DNA of 64,000 nt, from positions 110,353 to 174,352 of the forward strand of contig JAUCBJ010009083.1 in NCBI GenBank assembly GCA_032718475.1. The letters run 5' to 3'. Position numbers and translations under genes: made by a program. The stretch is from Nemertoderma westbladi (taxonomy: Eukaryota; Animalia; Xenacoelomorpha). Below the pieces are notes generated by a model that worked only from the letters and a program-made list of their open reading frames with translations, made no database searches and was not told the DNA's origin. Positions 1 to 11,288 of the stretch are shown one piece after another (within the stretch, counting starts at the first letter, position 1; each line of letters begins with the position of its first letter).

Positions 1-699
1 TGTAAATACCGTAGATACACTTTAGTGTTATTATATTGCGTTTAAGACGAGTAAAAAATACAAGAATATACTGTAGTTAAGCCATTTTCGGGGTCACATG
101 GGGTCACATTTTCAGACAACTATTCGATTTATCACTCCCAGCGTTTCTAAATTGTTTCGTTTTGGCTATAATTTGGATTATATGTAGGCCTACCTAAGAT
201 GCTGTTCTACATGATAGCTCAGAAAACGTTTATGTTTCGCTATGTATTAGTTAATACTACAGTAAAGAATGAAAAAAACTTGGTTGCGCTTAAAACCCTA
301 AGGCTTTTACAGTTTTAAATCACATGAAAATCACATTTCTATGTGATAGATCAAGGATGGGGGCCACATAACTATCAGATGAAATTTTGTGAAAATGAAC
401 CTGCACCTCTAGGTGGCGCTGCAAATTTATGCGAGTTTTTATATATTATATTACATTTTATTAACTAAAAATTTCAAAAAGTTGTCTCATACTTTTATTC
501 TGGGTTGCTATGTACAGTAGACACCCACAGAAATTTTCGGATAAGTTGCTCAAAAATTGTAGAAGTAATAGGGTCTTAAAGATTTTAATTAGAGAGTTTT
601 AATTAGGTCTCCCTAAATGGAAATTGTTATAACTTGAAAAATGGATGCTGAAAACCAACCTTATAAATGGACCAAGGTCAGACGGCCTATAGCTGTCCT

Positions 700-1620
700 G
701 GGCCAATAGACAGTTGGGAAACTCATTTTCAAACATTGGTATCCAACGGTGATGACCTGTTCTGTGTCCTCCTTTCACAAATTAAGCAACAAAACAACAG
801 TATAGCAACAAAACCAACAGGGAAGTCTAGTGGGCCTGACTCACTATCGCATAAGAGATAATTAAAGCAACCTCTCCCGATCACCTTAAACCTATGGACT
901 ACATTATTCAATATATGCTTAGCTACCGGCAACCTGGTTCAACTATGGAAATCCAGCATCATGGTGGTTATTTTCAGGGGCAAGGGAATCCGACCAATTG
1001 GTCTGCAACGCCTTCAAGATTTTTGCCGCCAGATCGATGGTCGCCTCCGAGGCCTAGTTTTTCAACTGATTCCCAGAGAGCAGTTTGGTTTTATGCCACG
1101 TATATCTACCAGCCAGCCCTTGGCACAGGCAAGCCAATATACGCAGCCTTTATAAACTTCAGGAAGGCATTTGACTCCGTGCCACGCCATAGGATGCTAT
1201 ACAAACTGGAAACTGAGATACAAGTTCAATATTCGTGGGATCCATTACCAATCGATAGTCAATCTTATCCAGAAAGAATCTTCGACGGGTTACGTTATTC
1301 AAAAGTAATCGAACAAATACGCGGCGTTTTACCGGGTGATAGTCTGAGCCCGTTGTTGCTACAGTATACATCTTGTTCATTTACGATATACTGTAGTTCA
1401 GTTCATTAAAGATTCATCAATCCACATTGGAGAGCTCATTGTGCTCCTACTTGCTCTTCTATGGGGTTAGTAAAGACTTCGTACCGACTTAGTACCGGAT
1501 TAAACGGTACTGCGCGAGATGGGCTGCACACGGCCTAGAAGTTAACCTCACCAAATATGCTGTAATTTATAATATTTCACAGAGGTGACAGGCTCAGCGG
1601 ATCAGATAAACTTTTATACA
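700..1620 (+). pseudogene. Degenerate non-LTR retrotransposon (LINE) reverse transcriptase fragment
   Basis: Frameshifted RT motifs: 'EQFGFMP', 'IYAAFINFRKAFDSVPRHRMLYKL' and 'GVLPGDSLSPLL' (cf. LINE DFxKAFD and QGxxLSPxLF). Boundaries are approximate. Confidence 0.8.
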
Positions 1621-1795
1621 ACGTATATTTAGTTGTAAAATAACACAATAATAAGTAAATTGAGGCATATCTTTAAAAAATAAACAGTTTTTATCGATTA
1701 TCTCAGAACTAAAAAAATCGACTTAGGGGGTACTAAGTTTCCTTGAAGGTGACGAAAATGACGAAATCATGTAACCTGTGTGTAGTGTTCATTTG

Positions 1796-1814
1796 GTTTC
1801 CTAGCAACAAACAA
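1796..1814 (+). promoter_or_regulatory. RFX X-box with adjacent forkhead-like site upstream of CFAP300
   Basis: GTTTCCTAGCAAC (1796-1808) fits the X-box consensus and is directly followed by AAACAA. It lies about 245 bp upstream of the ATG of a motile-cilia gene. Confidence 0.65.
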
Positions 1815-2052
1815 TGCAATAATTGTGCATTTCGGAATTCAAATTTTCCGCTAGAGCCATTCAGCAATTAAGTGTGTCGAATCGAATCAGTGCTGCACTG
1901 GATCAGCACTCACTGTATTCTGTGTATCAGTACACTGTCTGCTATCCTGTACACTATCCTGATAGCTGCATAGCGATACCGGTAACAGACTGTCACAGTC
2001 GACAGTGTCAAACAGATACACAATCATCACACACTCCGACTCTGATGTGGTG

Positions 2053-2841
2053 ATGGCGGATGATAGTAACACCCCTGCCTTCCACTTCCAACTGTTGGAT
2101 AAACAGTTCGCAGTAACGTCACAGAAAGACTTCACGGACAGCCTATCCAAATGGGGCCTAGGACCCACAATGCGACTCCAGGCCTACACGTACGATCGAA
2201 TGCTACAACCTTACGAGACGCAACGTTTCGTAAAGGACTTCTTCCGAGACCCCAATGTAACCTCTACACTCCTGGTCGTATCGGGTTCCACCTGGGCTCC
2301 TCTCGGCGTCATGGCAACCAGTGCCACCGCAGAGGAAGTTCCCGCTAGCGTGACGTCACTGGGATTCTTCGATCGCCTAGAGGATGAGGGCGTTGTTCGT
2401 TCCGATAAATCTATACAGAAATGTTTCGACGATTGGGTTGAGGATTTCCAGATTTCTGACGAGTTGCGTAAACTTCTACTGCTCGAGGACTCTGATAATT
2501 TCACATTGTTTTCGCACGAAGATCGTCAAGAATTTATTTTTCGCGTATTCCAACACTTAGTATTAGGGGGCTCCTGTTGCCAATACGAGGATACAATAGA
2601 CGCCTATTACGAGTTGACTAAATCTTTGTACAAAGATCTCGTCGGTGTTGTCAAAGATCCAGAGACTCAGAAACTTCGGGTTGTTTCTCAGGTGTTTAAG
2701 GTGACAGCTTCTGATGACGCATCAGTTTATTATCCCTCATGGAAACCGCATCAACAAACCTTCGCGTATCTGGTGGTGGACCCGTATAAGAGGCAGCTCT
2801 ATACGTGGTACCACCAGTGGGGTAAAGGAATTTGGGGGTAG
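2053..2841 (+). CDS. CFAP300: Cilia- and flagella-associated protein 300 (C11orf70, dynein-arm assembly factor), intronless
   Basis: First ATG at 2053 (MADDSNTP...), 262 aa. Family-typical segments: FVKDFFRDPNV, FFDRL, ISDELRKLLLLEDSD, EFIFRVFQHLVLGGSCCQYED, TKSLYKDLVGV, FAYLVVDP. AATAAA at 2884-2889. Confidence 0.9.
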   Translation: MADDSNTPAFHFQLLDKQFAVTSQKDFTDSLSKWGLGPTMRLQAYTYDRMLQPYETQRFVKDFFRDPNVTSTLLVVSGSTWAPLGVMATSATAEEVPASVTSLGFFDRLEDEGVVRSDKSIQKCFDDWVEDFQISDELRKLLLLEDSDNFTLFSHEDRQEFIFRVFQHLVLGGSCCQYEDTIDAYYELTKSLYKDLVGVVKDPETQKLRVVSQVFKVTASDDASVYYPSWKPHQQTFAYLVVDPYKRQLYTWYHQWGKGIWG

Positions 2842-3375
2842 CGTAATTTATTCTGTTCTCCATTACAGAATTAATAGATTAAAAATAAAACTGATAGCGT
2901 ATATTTTTGTGTAGGTGTCTGAGTCTATGAGTTTTTTGTGTAGGTGTCTGAGTCTATGAGAGTCACATATTGGCAATTTCCTTAATAATAACATATGATT
3001 TGTTTGCTGAGGTTGACCCGCCAACTGGAGAGCAATTTCGAGGTTCAGTTTCATTGTACATATCTCATCTAGAGCTGTAAAGTTTACATTACTTCTTTCT
3101 AACGGCAAAGGCGTTAAGTATTGTTTTGAAATTTGTGGAATAAAACTGTGGAATATGGATCTTTACAATGAAACGCAGCCGTTACCATATGGTAATATTC
3201 CCCCATGCTGCCAAGCCTTTGCATTTTATGGTTGGCCTACTTTCAGTATGTTGTGCCTTGCATGCATCGACCATCAGCACTCAGCAATTCAACAGGGCCT
3301 ATAAAGAAAAATAGTTTATATTTTCTTTATTTATTAAATTGAGTACGACTTAATGACAAAGTTTGTTGGATCTGT

Positions 3376-3450
3376 CTTTATTTATTACCTTGCTCTCTTT
3401 ATTTATTACCTTGCTCTCTTTATTTATTACCTTGCTCACTTTATTTATTT
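3376..3450. repeat. 21-bp tandem repeat (about 3 copies)
   Basis: (TCTTTATTTATTACCTTGCTC)n seen directly. Confidence 0.85.
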
Positions 3451-4376
3451 AATTTGTTATTACTGTATTATGACGCGTCATGTTTTTGTTTACTATATTC
3501 ATATAGGTATTATTTTGTAATTCGTTATTATCATTATTGAAATGTAAATATAATTGTAAAAAAAATGTATTTCGTGTTGCACGTTTTTCTCTAGACGAGG
3601 GAGACAATGTGCATTAATGCTAACCTTGAATTCGCAGAAGCTTTCAAATTGTTTTGGACTTCAATTTGGATAAGAAGCTACATAAATTATCTTATATATT
3701 CTTGGGAAATATTTACTTTGACACACGCCACTACGATTTTTTTCGAAACTGCCCAAAACATTATGTTGGCCAGGAAAGTCTTCGAATATTATTGGAACTG
3801 TTTCAATGCTATAATTCTCCATTACCCAAAGCAATTTCTCGGCGTATAAACGATGGCATCATTTTTTAAATTTAATTCAGTTCAAATCCGGTTTCTACCG
3901 GCAGTTTATTTTTCCGTATTTTAAAAATATTAAAACGTATAAAAAGAACATAAATAAAATGTATAGAAATTACAAATAAAAGGTAAGATAAATTATACAA
4001 CCAAGCATTACTATACATGTATACTGTAGAGTATTCAATATTCAAGTAAAATTAAATACAACCCTGCGAAGGCCGACACAACTATAATAATAAAATAAAC
4101 CGCTAAAATAAAGCTAACTGACTAATTTCCCGGATATATATAAATGGCATAAGAAATATATCATGCCGTGTCTCACTTCAGTGGATTACTGATTCAAATA
4201 GGGTATTTTTATAATTTCGATTTTATGACCCAAATTGATCTCCCACTCCCCTAAATTTATTATTGTTGTGCTGCTTCGGGTGAAAGTTACTTCTGGCCTT
4301 TATTGCGCGAATATTTATTTTCGTTGATCACATCTCATTATGTTGATTATGTAAACAATTATGTGCCTATAGAGAC

Positions 4377-4530
4377 GGGGGGGGGGGGGGGCTGGCACGC
4401 AAATCCCATCTCGGTGAATTAATATCTTGCCTCAATGTTTAATTCTTAATTTAGAGAAAGGAGCAGGTTACAAGGGCTCGTTATTCTAACCAAAACAATA
4501 AACGAAATAAACAAAATGTAAATTTTTCCT
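4377..4530. repeat. Dispersed repeat family copy (other copies near 39200-39300, 43200-43350, 46770-46800, 52541-52700, 59560-59710)
   Basis: Shared core: G-run...ACGCAAATCCCATC...AATTAATATC...GGAGCAGGTTACA...TTATTCTAACCAAAACAATAAAC, found on either strand. Confidence 0.7.
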
Positions 4531-4956
4531 CTCAAAAGGGAATAATATTCCAATGAGCTTTTGTGCTACTGTGCCACGGACGGAAGTACAGTAGTTGTTG
4601 TTGTAGCCTTTCAGTCTGCAGAAGACTTTTATTCAGGACTGCTGGACTGTCAGACTGTGCAATAGCAGTTGCCCGCCGGCAAGTGAACCTAATACTTGAA
4701 TACAGTAATTCAGTAATTAATACTGTAATACAGTGATACCGTTACGGTGTCGTGTGACCTTAAGGTTTATTTCCAGATCGGGCCGTTATATTTCAAATTA
4801 GTTACATTTAAAAATTCATACCGCGGTCTGCCGGTACGGCGGTACCTTAATTACCCATTTATTTATACTGTACGGTACCTGGGTAGGCCTACCGTACTCC
4901 AGTAACTTTAAGGTAGAAATACTGAAATAGTAGAATTGAAATAACAGTCTGCAATA

Positions 4957-5817
4957 ATGTTGACCGCGTCAGCCCGCTGCTGCAACCTAACAATTCCGCT
5001 TCGAAAACTTCCAAATCTCCATGTATCTGCAGTAATTCGTCCGTTGTCCACCTTGACTAAGATAACTATACCTCATGTGAAGTTAACTTGTAGCTACAAA
5101 CTTACCCAAATTCCTCGCGGGTATTTCCTTCGTCAATACAACTCGCTGTACGATGGTGATAATATTGCGGAGGAAACTGAAACTGATAGGCCTACCGGCA
5201 CAGATAACCCGGCTATCCACAAGGGTCACTGTAAGTGGTTCAATACGGTGAAAGGTTGGGGTTTCATAGCGACAGAATCTGGAGAAGACATCTTTGTTCA
5301 TCAGACTAAAATATTGGCTGACGGATTTCGAATGTTAACGGAGGGCGAAGAGGTTGAATTCGAACGCCACCTAAACGCGAAATCGAATAGGCCGGAGGCG
5401 AGAAATGTTACCGGGCCCGGTGGGGTTAGAATAAAGAGTACGCGGCCGGAGCGGAGGATGGGGTTCGGTGGAGGGGACGATTATTGGGGCGGGTCTGGGC
5501 GAGGGGGCGGCCGTTTCGATCGCAGAGATGACGGATACGATCGCTTCAGCGGTGGCTACAGCGATGACCGTGGAGGTGGCGGATACGGCCGCAGAGATGG
5601 TGGATATGATCGTAGAGATGGTGGTTATCAGCGCAGAGATGACGGATATGAACGAAGGGATGACGGATATGAACGAAGGGATGACGGATATGAACGAAGG
5701 GATGACGGATATGAACGAAGGGATGACGGATATGAACGAAGGGATGGTGGATTTGGACAAAGGGGCGGTGAGCGTAGGGGCGGGGAAGGTGGGAGGAATT
5801 CGGGTTATAGCGAGTAA
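4957..5817 (+). CDS. Cold-shock-domain RNA-binding protein with N-terminal mitochondrial-type presequence and Gly/Arg/Asp-rich tail, intronless
   Basis: CSD: KGHCKWFNTVKGWGFI (RNP1), DIFVHQ (RNP2), GFRMLTEGEEVEF...NVTGPGG (Lin28/plant-CSP-like). No CCHC knuckles. RGG and RRDDGYE repeats form the tail. The first 65 aa contain no D/E. Confidence 0.88.
   Translation: MLTASARCCNLTIPLRKLPNLHVSAVIRPLSTLTKITIPHVKLTCSYKLTQIPRGYFLRQYNSLYDGDNIAEETETDRPTGTDNPAIHKGHCKWFNTVKGWGFIATESGEDIFVHQTKILADGFRMLTEGEEVEFERHLNAKSNRPEARNVTGPGGVRIKSTRPERRMGFGGGDDYWGGSGRGGGRFDRRDDGYDRFSGGYSDDRGGGGYGRRDGGYDRRDGGYQRRDDGYERRDDGYERRDDGYERRDDGYERRDDGYERRDGGFGQRGGERRGGEGGRNSGYSE
5638..5745 (+). repeat. Coding 21-bp tandem repeat (DDGYERR x5)
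   Basis: (GATGACGGATATGAACGAAGG)x5 perfect copies, with degenerate copies upstream. Confidence 0.95.
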
Positions 5818-8496
5818 TATTGAGCTTTGCCTTTCATTCGACCGGTAACCCGCTCATTAAATAGAATTAGTGCCCACTAGTTGACTAGGCCTGTATTTGT
5901 ACTGACACTATCTACAAAATCAAATATGATGTCACCTCATTGTGGTCTAGTTTCTACTGTTCTAGAAAATGTAGCTAAAACGTACCATAAATAATCAGTG
6001 TGGTGTTTTTCTACATATTGAGTAAGTGAATATCCTTGTTCCTATATGTCCATTTTTCTGCGGTGCGTGTGGACTGTCACTGTCCTTGCAGCAGATATTT
6101 TCCAGGAGCGGCCTGGCGCCAAAATGCAGGTGTTGTACTAAACAATTAGGATCCTTAATATCTGGACAGGACATAGTATTCAACCTTGGTCTTGTCTTTG
6201 GTTTTATTGGTTTGCGGATTAGCTTTGCACAAAATGCAGTGTTAGAGTTATATTGTGTTTGATTTGTAATTCACAGTTCACACATCCAATATTTGTCATA
6301 TTTGAATTGTTTGTGCAGACGGTGTACATGTACATTAATTATTATTGTACTGACGTCAATTTATGTAGACTGTTGTTTCATATAATTTGCAATGCAATTC
6401 CCCGGCTAATAATAGAAAATTAAAAACACCCATAATAACTAAATTAATTTATGAGCGTTATTTACAACCTCCACTTTACAACAATTTGTAATAACTGTAA
6501 CTGGGAATATATTAACTTATCATACTGTATATCGGCGATATCATAAGCATCTGCATCACAATTCCTCCACAGTTCTCTCAAACAGTCTCAAAAAAAAACA
6601 AATTCATCTACAACCAGACATAATATCGCTATCCCGTTTCATGTGTAATTGGACACCTTTCGTTTGTTTGCGTATTTTGTGGGAACCATATTGTGGCTTT
6701 TGGATGCCACTGCCAAGACAAACGTGTAAAAAATAATAAATTAAAAAATATATTAATATTTAATAAATAAATAAAAGCTATTCACACCATTATTGTCAAA
6801 GACTGCTCATATTACAGGGATGGTCGTAATCCCATAAAATTACAGGAGCCGTTAAAATTACTAGAATCACCTTTTCCTGATTTGTTTTAAACTGGGTACC
6901 TAGCAACGCTATCAGCTGATTTCAAAAGGCCATATTGCTGATATGGCGACAGGAAATAGTGATTTTAGTCATTTTAAGGGCCTTAAAAATACTAGAGTCA
7001 CTATTTCGGAAGCCCTTAAAACAACCAGAGGCACTATCCGGTAACATTGACTAAAACTGAGGGGCGCGCCACGAAAATGAGCGAGCTTAGAATACGGGAA
7101 CCAATCTCCACCTTGCTTCTATCTGTCAGTCTGCCAGGCGGTTGGTCAGTCGGTCCGTCTAATCTTTAAATGCTAATACAGTAATTTCAGCGAATCTTTG
7201 TGATGAAATTAAAACCAAACGAGGTACACAAGTAGTAAGTATATCAAAGTTTAGAACGTTTTCAGAATTTTGGCGTCGTCCATTTAAATGGTCCGCATCT
7301 AGGAGGCGCTAAATATCATTTAGTCTAGGCTTAATAACTTTTGAAAAACCTACTCAATTAATTATTAGGTACGGTCAGAAACCCAAAACATCAGCATCGG
7401 CTGCTAGATGGCGTTAACACATTTACCGCTAGTATTTAAGTTTTGAATTAAGAATATTACATATTAAAATATGATTAAAATAATATTTATTGCTATGACT
7501 TTGTATTAATTTCAAACTTCTGTTTCTAATTTTCAAACTCTGTCATATTATTTAAGTTGACCTCTAAATTTTCTCCTCCATTAGACGTATGGGTATATGC
7601 ACCTTCCCCTTTACATTACATGAATGGTATTTACTATTATGGGTATTCAGTGATCTTTTATTTTTATATTGCTTACCGCAACTAATACATGATTCCATGT
7701 TAATATTATATTTTGACGCCAACTACTCCGCCATTTTGAAACTTCGTTTGTTAACTCTATTAACTCAGTCAGCAGTAACTCCTGCAGTACTCTACACAGT
7801 ACAAAATTGACTAGCTGAAGAGATACTACTGTACTGTAGTACAGGCCTACGTCATACATGCTTGCACAGGGAGGGCAAAAAACGCAATCAAAATTCGTAG
7901 CGAAATGAGATGAGGAGAGTAATTAGATCGTAATTACGAAAAACTGGAAACACTATAAAAGCTAGCTTTCCCTGCCATCCTTAACACGATGCACAAAACT
8001 AATAAAGTTCTACTGCACAGATATTATTTCATTTTAATTGTGTATTCAATTCAATACTGGGTGACGGCCCGGTCCAAAAAATTCCCAAAGCAGTTCGCTA
8101 TCCGATAGATATCGCTATCGCTTTAATTTCCAATTCACATTAAAATATACAACAACTGTACAGTATACAAGTACAGACGATTAGGCATCGTTTTAATACA
8201 ATGAAAGCGAACTACAGTAGCAGTAGCAGTAGGGCTGTAGGTACAGTAGGTTCTGTATCAATAAAATGAAAGCGAATTCCAATCTAAGCGTTATATAAAT
8301 GTAATGTACCGGCTGACCAGTGTTTGAGTACTGTAGGGTTTACTGCATACTGATAACTCTCCATTAAATTTAATAATAGTTAGTAATAGTTGTTTTAAGG
8401 GGCTCCTGAAATAGTGACTCTAGTATTTTTAAGTCCCTTTAAATAGTCCTTAAAATTACTAGAATCACTATTTCCTGTCACCATATCAGCAATATG

Positions 8497-9773
8497 TGTA
8501 CGCGCTTTTGAAGACCTTTAGCAGTTTAACCTGCCAAAATTTATATGTCTTTTGGTTTATAAATATACTTTAGAAGATGACAAATATTTAATACCAATAA
8601 ACACAACATTAGCAGAAGCCAGCCTAGTGCGCGTCCATTCACCCGCTGGATAATCCCGGGAGACTGGATTCTGAGGGCTTAAATTATTATTGCAGTGAAG
8701 CTTACGGTATTGTATTATTCGATTGATCGTTAATAATTAATTTCTGACTAATATTATTTACTTTCGGGAAATATTAACAGTTCCTTTAGGACGTGGCGCT
8801 CTATCTAAGTAAACAGAGATATGACTTATACTAATCACAACGGCAAGTCGGTAAGGCTTATGATTCACGTATGAGGCGCATTCTTTAGGAAATGCTTAGT
8901 TATCCATCACAATCATGCACACTACCGGTAACACACAATAGGCCTACTGCCCACTAATTTGCCGACCGTCAATGATTTTTATCATATATAAAGAGAACAG
9001 CAACGGACCAATGTAGTGCTTATCAAATAGCATTAAATTCACTACAAACCACAACAATATAAGTCGCAATCGCTATATATAACCCGCCTCTCTAACCTGT
9101 AGTGTATCAAGAAAATTGGGAAATTTGGGTTCTTTATATATGTTCTCCAAATAATATTCAACCAAAACACAACAGTAAACAGCATTAAGACGGTAAGCTA
9201 AGATATGATATGACAAGATGTGAACAAAGTATTGTTATGCATTGATATGAATCGTATTGATAACAGTCATACGCTCTATAATTTAAGCCTACTAATGTTT
9301 CTTATAAAAGTATGAAAACGAATTGACTCTAGAGCCGTTGTTCCTGGCCTAGATAGCAATAACAACAAAGTATCAAGTAAAAAAACAGTAAGACTGAACA
9401 CACTCCTTATGATCGACCGAAAAGCTACACGTCGACAGGAAAAATCGCTCTGATTGGCTCAAGCCAAACAAAGAACCATGCGTCCAATGGCTGTTTCCAT
9501 GTCAGCAACCAGCTGTTAGATGTCGTAATATGAATCATCACGGCTAAGCTATGAAAGGTATTTGCCGCATTGCAGGTTTTTTGTCTTACCATGTCCGCTA
9601 AAACACGTATATAGCAGAATGACTTTTATGTCCGTTAAAACACCTGTAACGGTACCTTGAGGGCGAGGGGAATATTTATACAGTTAGAGAACCTTTTTAG
9701 AGTATTCCAGCGCCTGGGGGGAAACTGGATTGCGAAGCAAAGGGCCCAGTTATATCCCACAGAAGCTTTTACA
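8497..9773 (-). repeat. 3' LTR (type I), 1277 bp
   Basis: TGTACGCG...CTTTTACA. By eye it differs from 28101-29378 by only 2 substitutions and one A in a homopolymer. Confidence 0.95.
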
Positions 9774-9783
9774 CCGCTCCCAG
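9774..9783 (-). other. Polypurine-tract-like sequence before the 3' LTR
   Basis: The minus strand reads CTGGGAGCGG|TGTAAAAG at the LTR junction. Confidence 0.5.
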
Positions 9784-9851
9784 AAAATGGGATTTGAGTC
9801 TATAAAATATACAAAATCACAGTTTCTAATATACGTAAATACTCTAAACAG

Positions 9852-11288
9852 TTAGTCTTTCTTGCGCGGACGGCGTTTATGCAGTTTTTTAAAGCTAGCA
9901 AGAGTCCTTTTCTCTTTGGGGCGAGCCACTTTACAAGGAGGGCTATAACTCCTGGGTGAAGGGTGCAATATGATTGCATCAGAGGGTGTAGGATTATGGT
10001 CGGTGTATCCGCCAGTCGAAGTACCGGGTTGATTGACATCAACGTCAGGTGAGAGGGGTCTAACGGCTTTGAGAGCTCGTTTCAAGACAGCCGCTCTTAC
10101 GGGTCCTTTACGAGTGGTCTGAACGAGGGCCGTGGGTGGACCATAGGCAGTTAGAAACTTCCTTGGTTTAATGGTTCTTTCCAACTCGCGTTCGCGGGCT
10201 CGGTATTCGTAAGGCCGTCGATATACTTCCTGTAACTCAGGGTGTGAGTTAACAAACAATTCTCCATGACGGATATGATTGATTAAGTTATAGGAATGAA
10301 GGTCGCTAGGATTAACACTCCTGAGAAATTTGCGTACGAATTTGGTTGAAATACATTCTCCGACGCGCTTCAGTAGCTCGTAACTTGATATGCGTGATTT
10401 CTGTTCAACCGAAGTGAATAGATAAGGATGTAACGCATAAACTCCTTCGTAAGCGCGTCCGGGATAATAGCGATGGCGCGAATCACAATATAAATCAGTG
10501 TTCGCTTCCCAAGCTCTGATGTAACGTAGTGTGATCATTTCATCTACGCTTTCCAAATCGTGATTAAAAGGGCAATCGAAACTGGCATGTCCCTTTAGTT
10601 GACAATGGTGACATTGAGTCATAAATTGAGGGCAAACCGCAAAAATGTGCAAATTATTAAATCTGCAATACGCGCAATAAATTTCCATCGCCGGTTGTTC
10701 GTGGAAATAGGAACAGCGGACGTTTGTGTCCATGGGCGTAACATGGTCTCTCGATGCGCATAACCGACAACGTTGCCGAGAAACATAGTTGGCATGGCGA
10801 TAATCGTACGCAGTGAGACACTGTGGACTTTGATACCATTCTAGGATGTAATCGTTGTCGCTGTTCCGAGCGCGATAGGCTGAATCTCCTCAGATTCTAG
10901 ACATATTGGTTCGTCTTCCCAGTCTGTTACGAATAGAATTTTCGTGATCTATTCTCGGTTTATCGTTACGACGCCGCTGGGTATGATATTTAAATAGAAC
11001 CATTTCCCTTTCGGTGTCTACATCGTCCGTATCATGTAAATCGATAGGATGGCCGGTAGTTAAGAAGTCCATATACGTACCATTACGATGCGTATAGCGA
11101 GCGGTTAATTTTCAATAGTCCAATTCACGCGTAAGTTGCTCTTGGGACATCGGCGGTTCGATATAACGACCATCGTCCTCCGTAATAGTCGGATCGGCTT
11201 CACCGCGTATCAAGCTATCCACAAACGCTTGTAAAGGTAGAGTATATCACTCTCTAATACCAAGGTCATCTTCTATCAATTCCGTCAT
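9852..11288 (-). pseudogene. Accessory ORF of the LTR element (about 478 codons, three in-frame TGA; 9852-10733 still open), zinc-knuckle protein
   Basis: The ATG at 11288 and the ORFs 10890-11072 and 9852-10733 share one frame. Motifs: CRLCASRDH, CAYCRFNNLHIFAVC, CHHCQLKGHASFDC, and a basic C-terminus (KKLHKRRPRKK). Confidence 0.7.

Noticed and set aside
5371-5848. Overlapping repetitive ORFs 5371-5760 (-) and 5468-5848 (+)
   Set aside because: Alternative-frame readings of the 21-bp coding repeat in the CSD gene.
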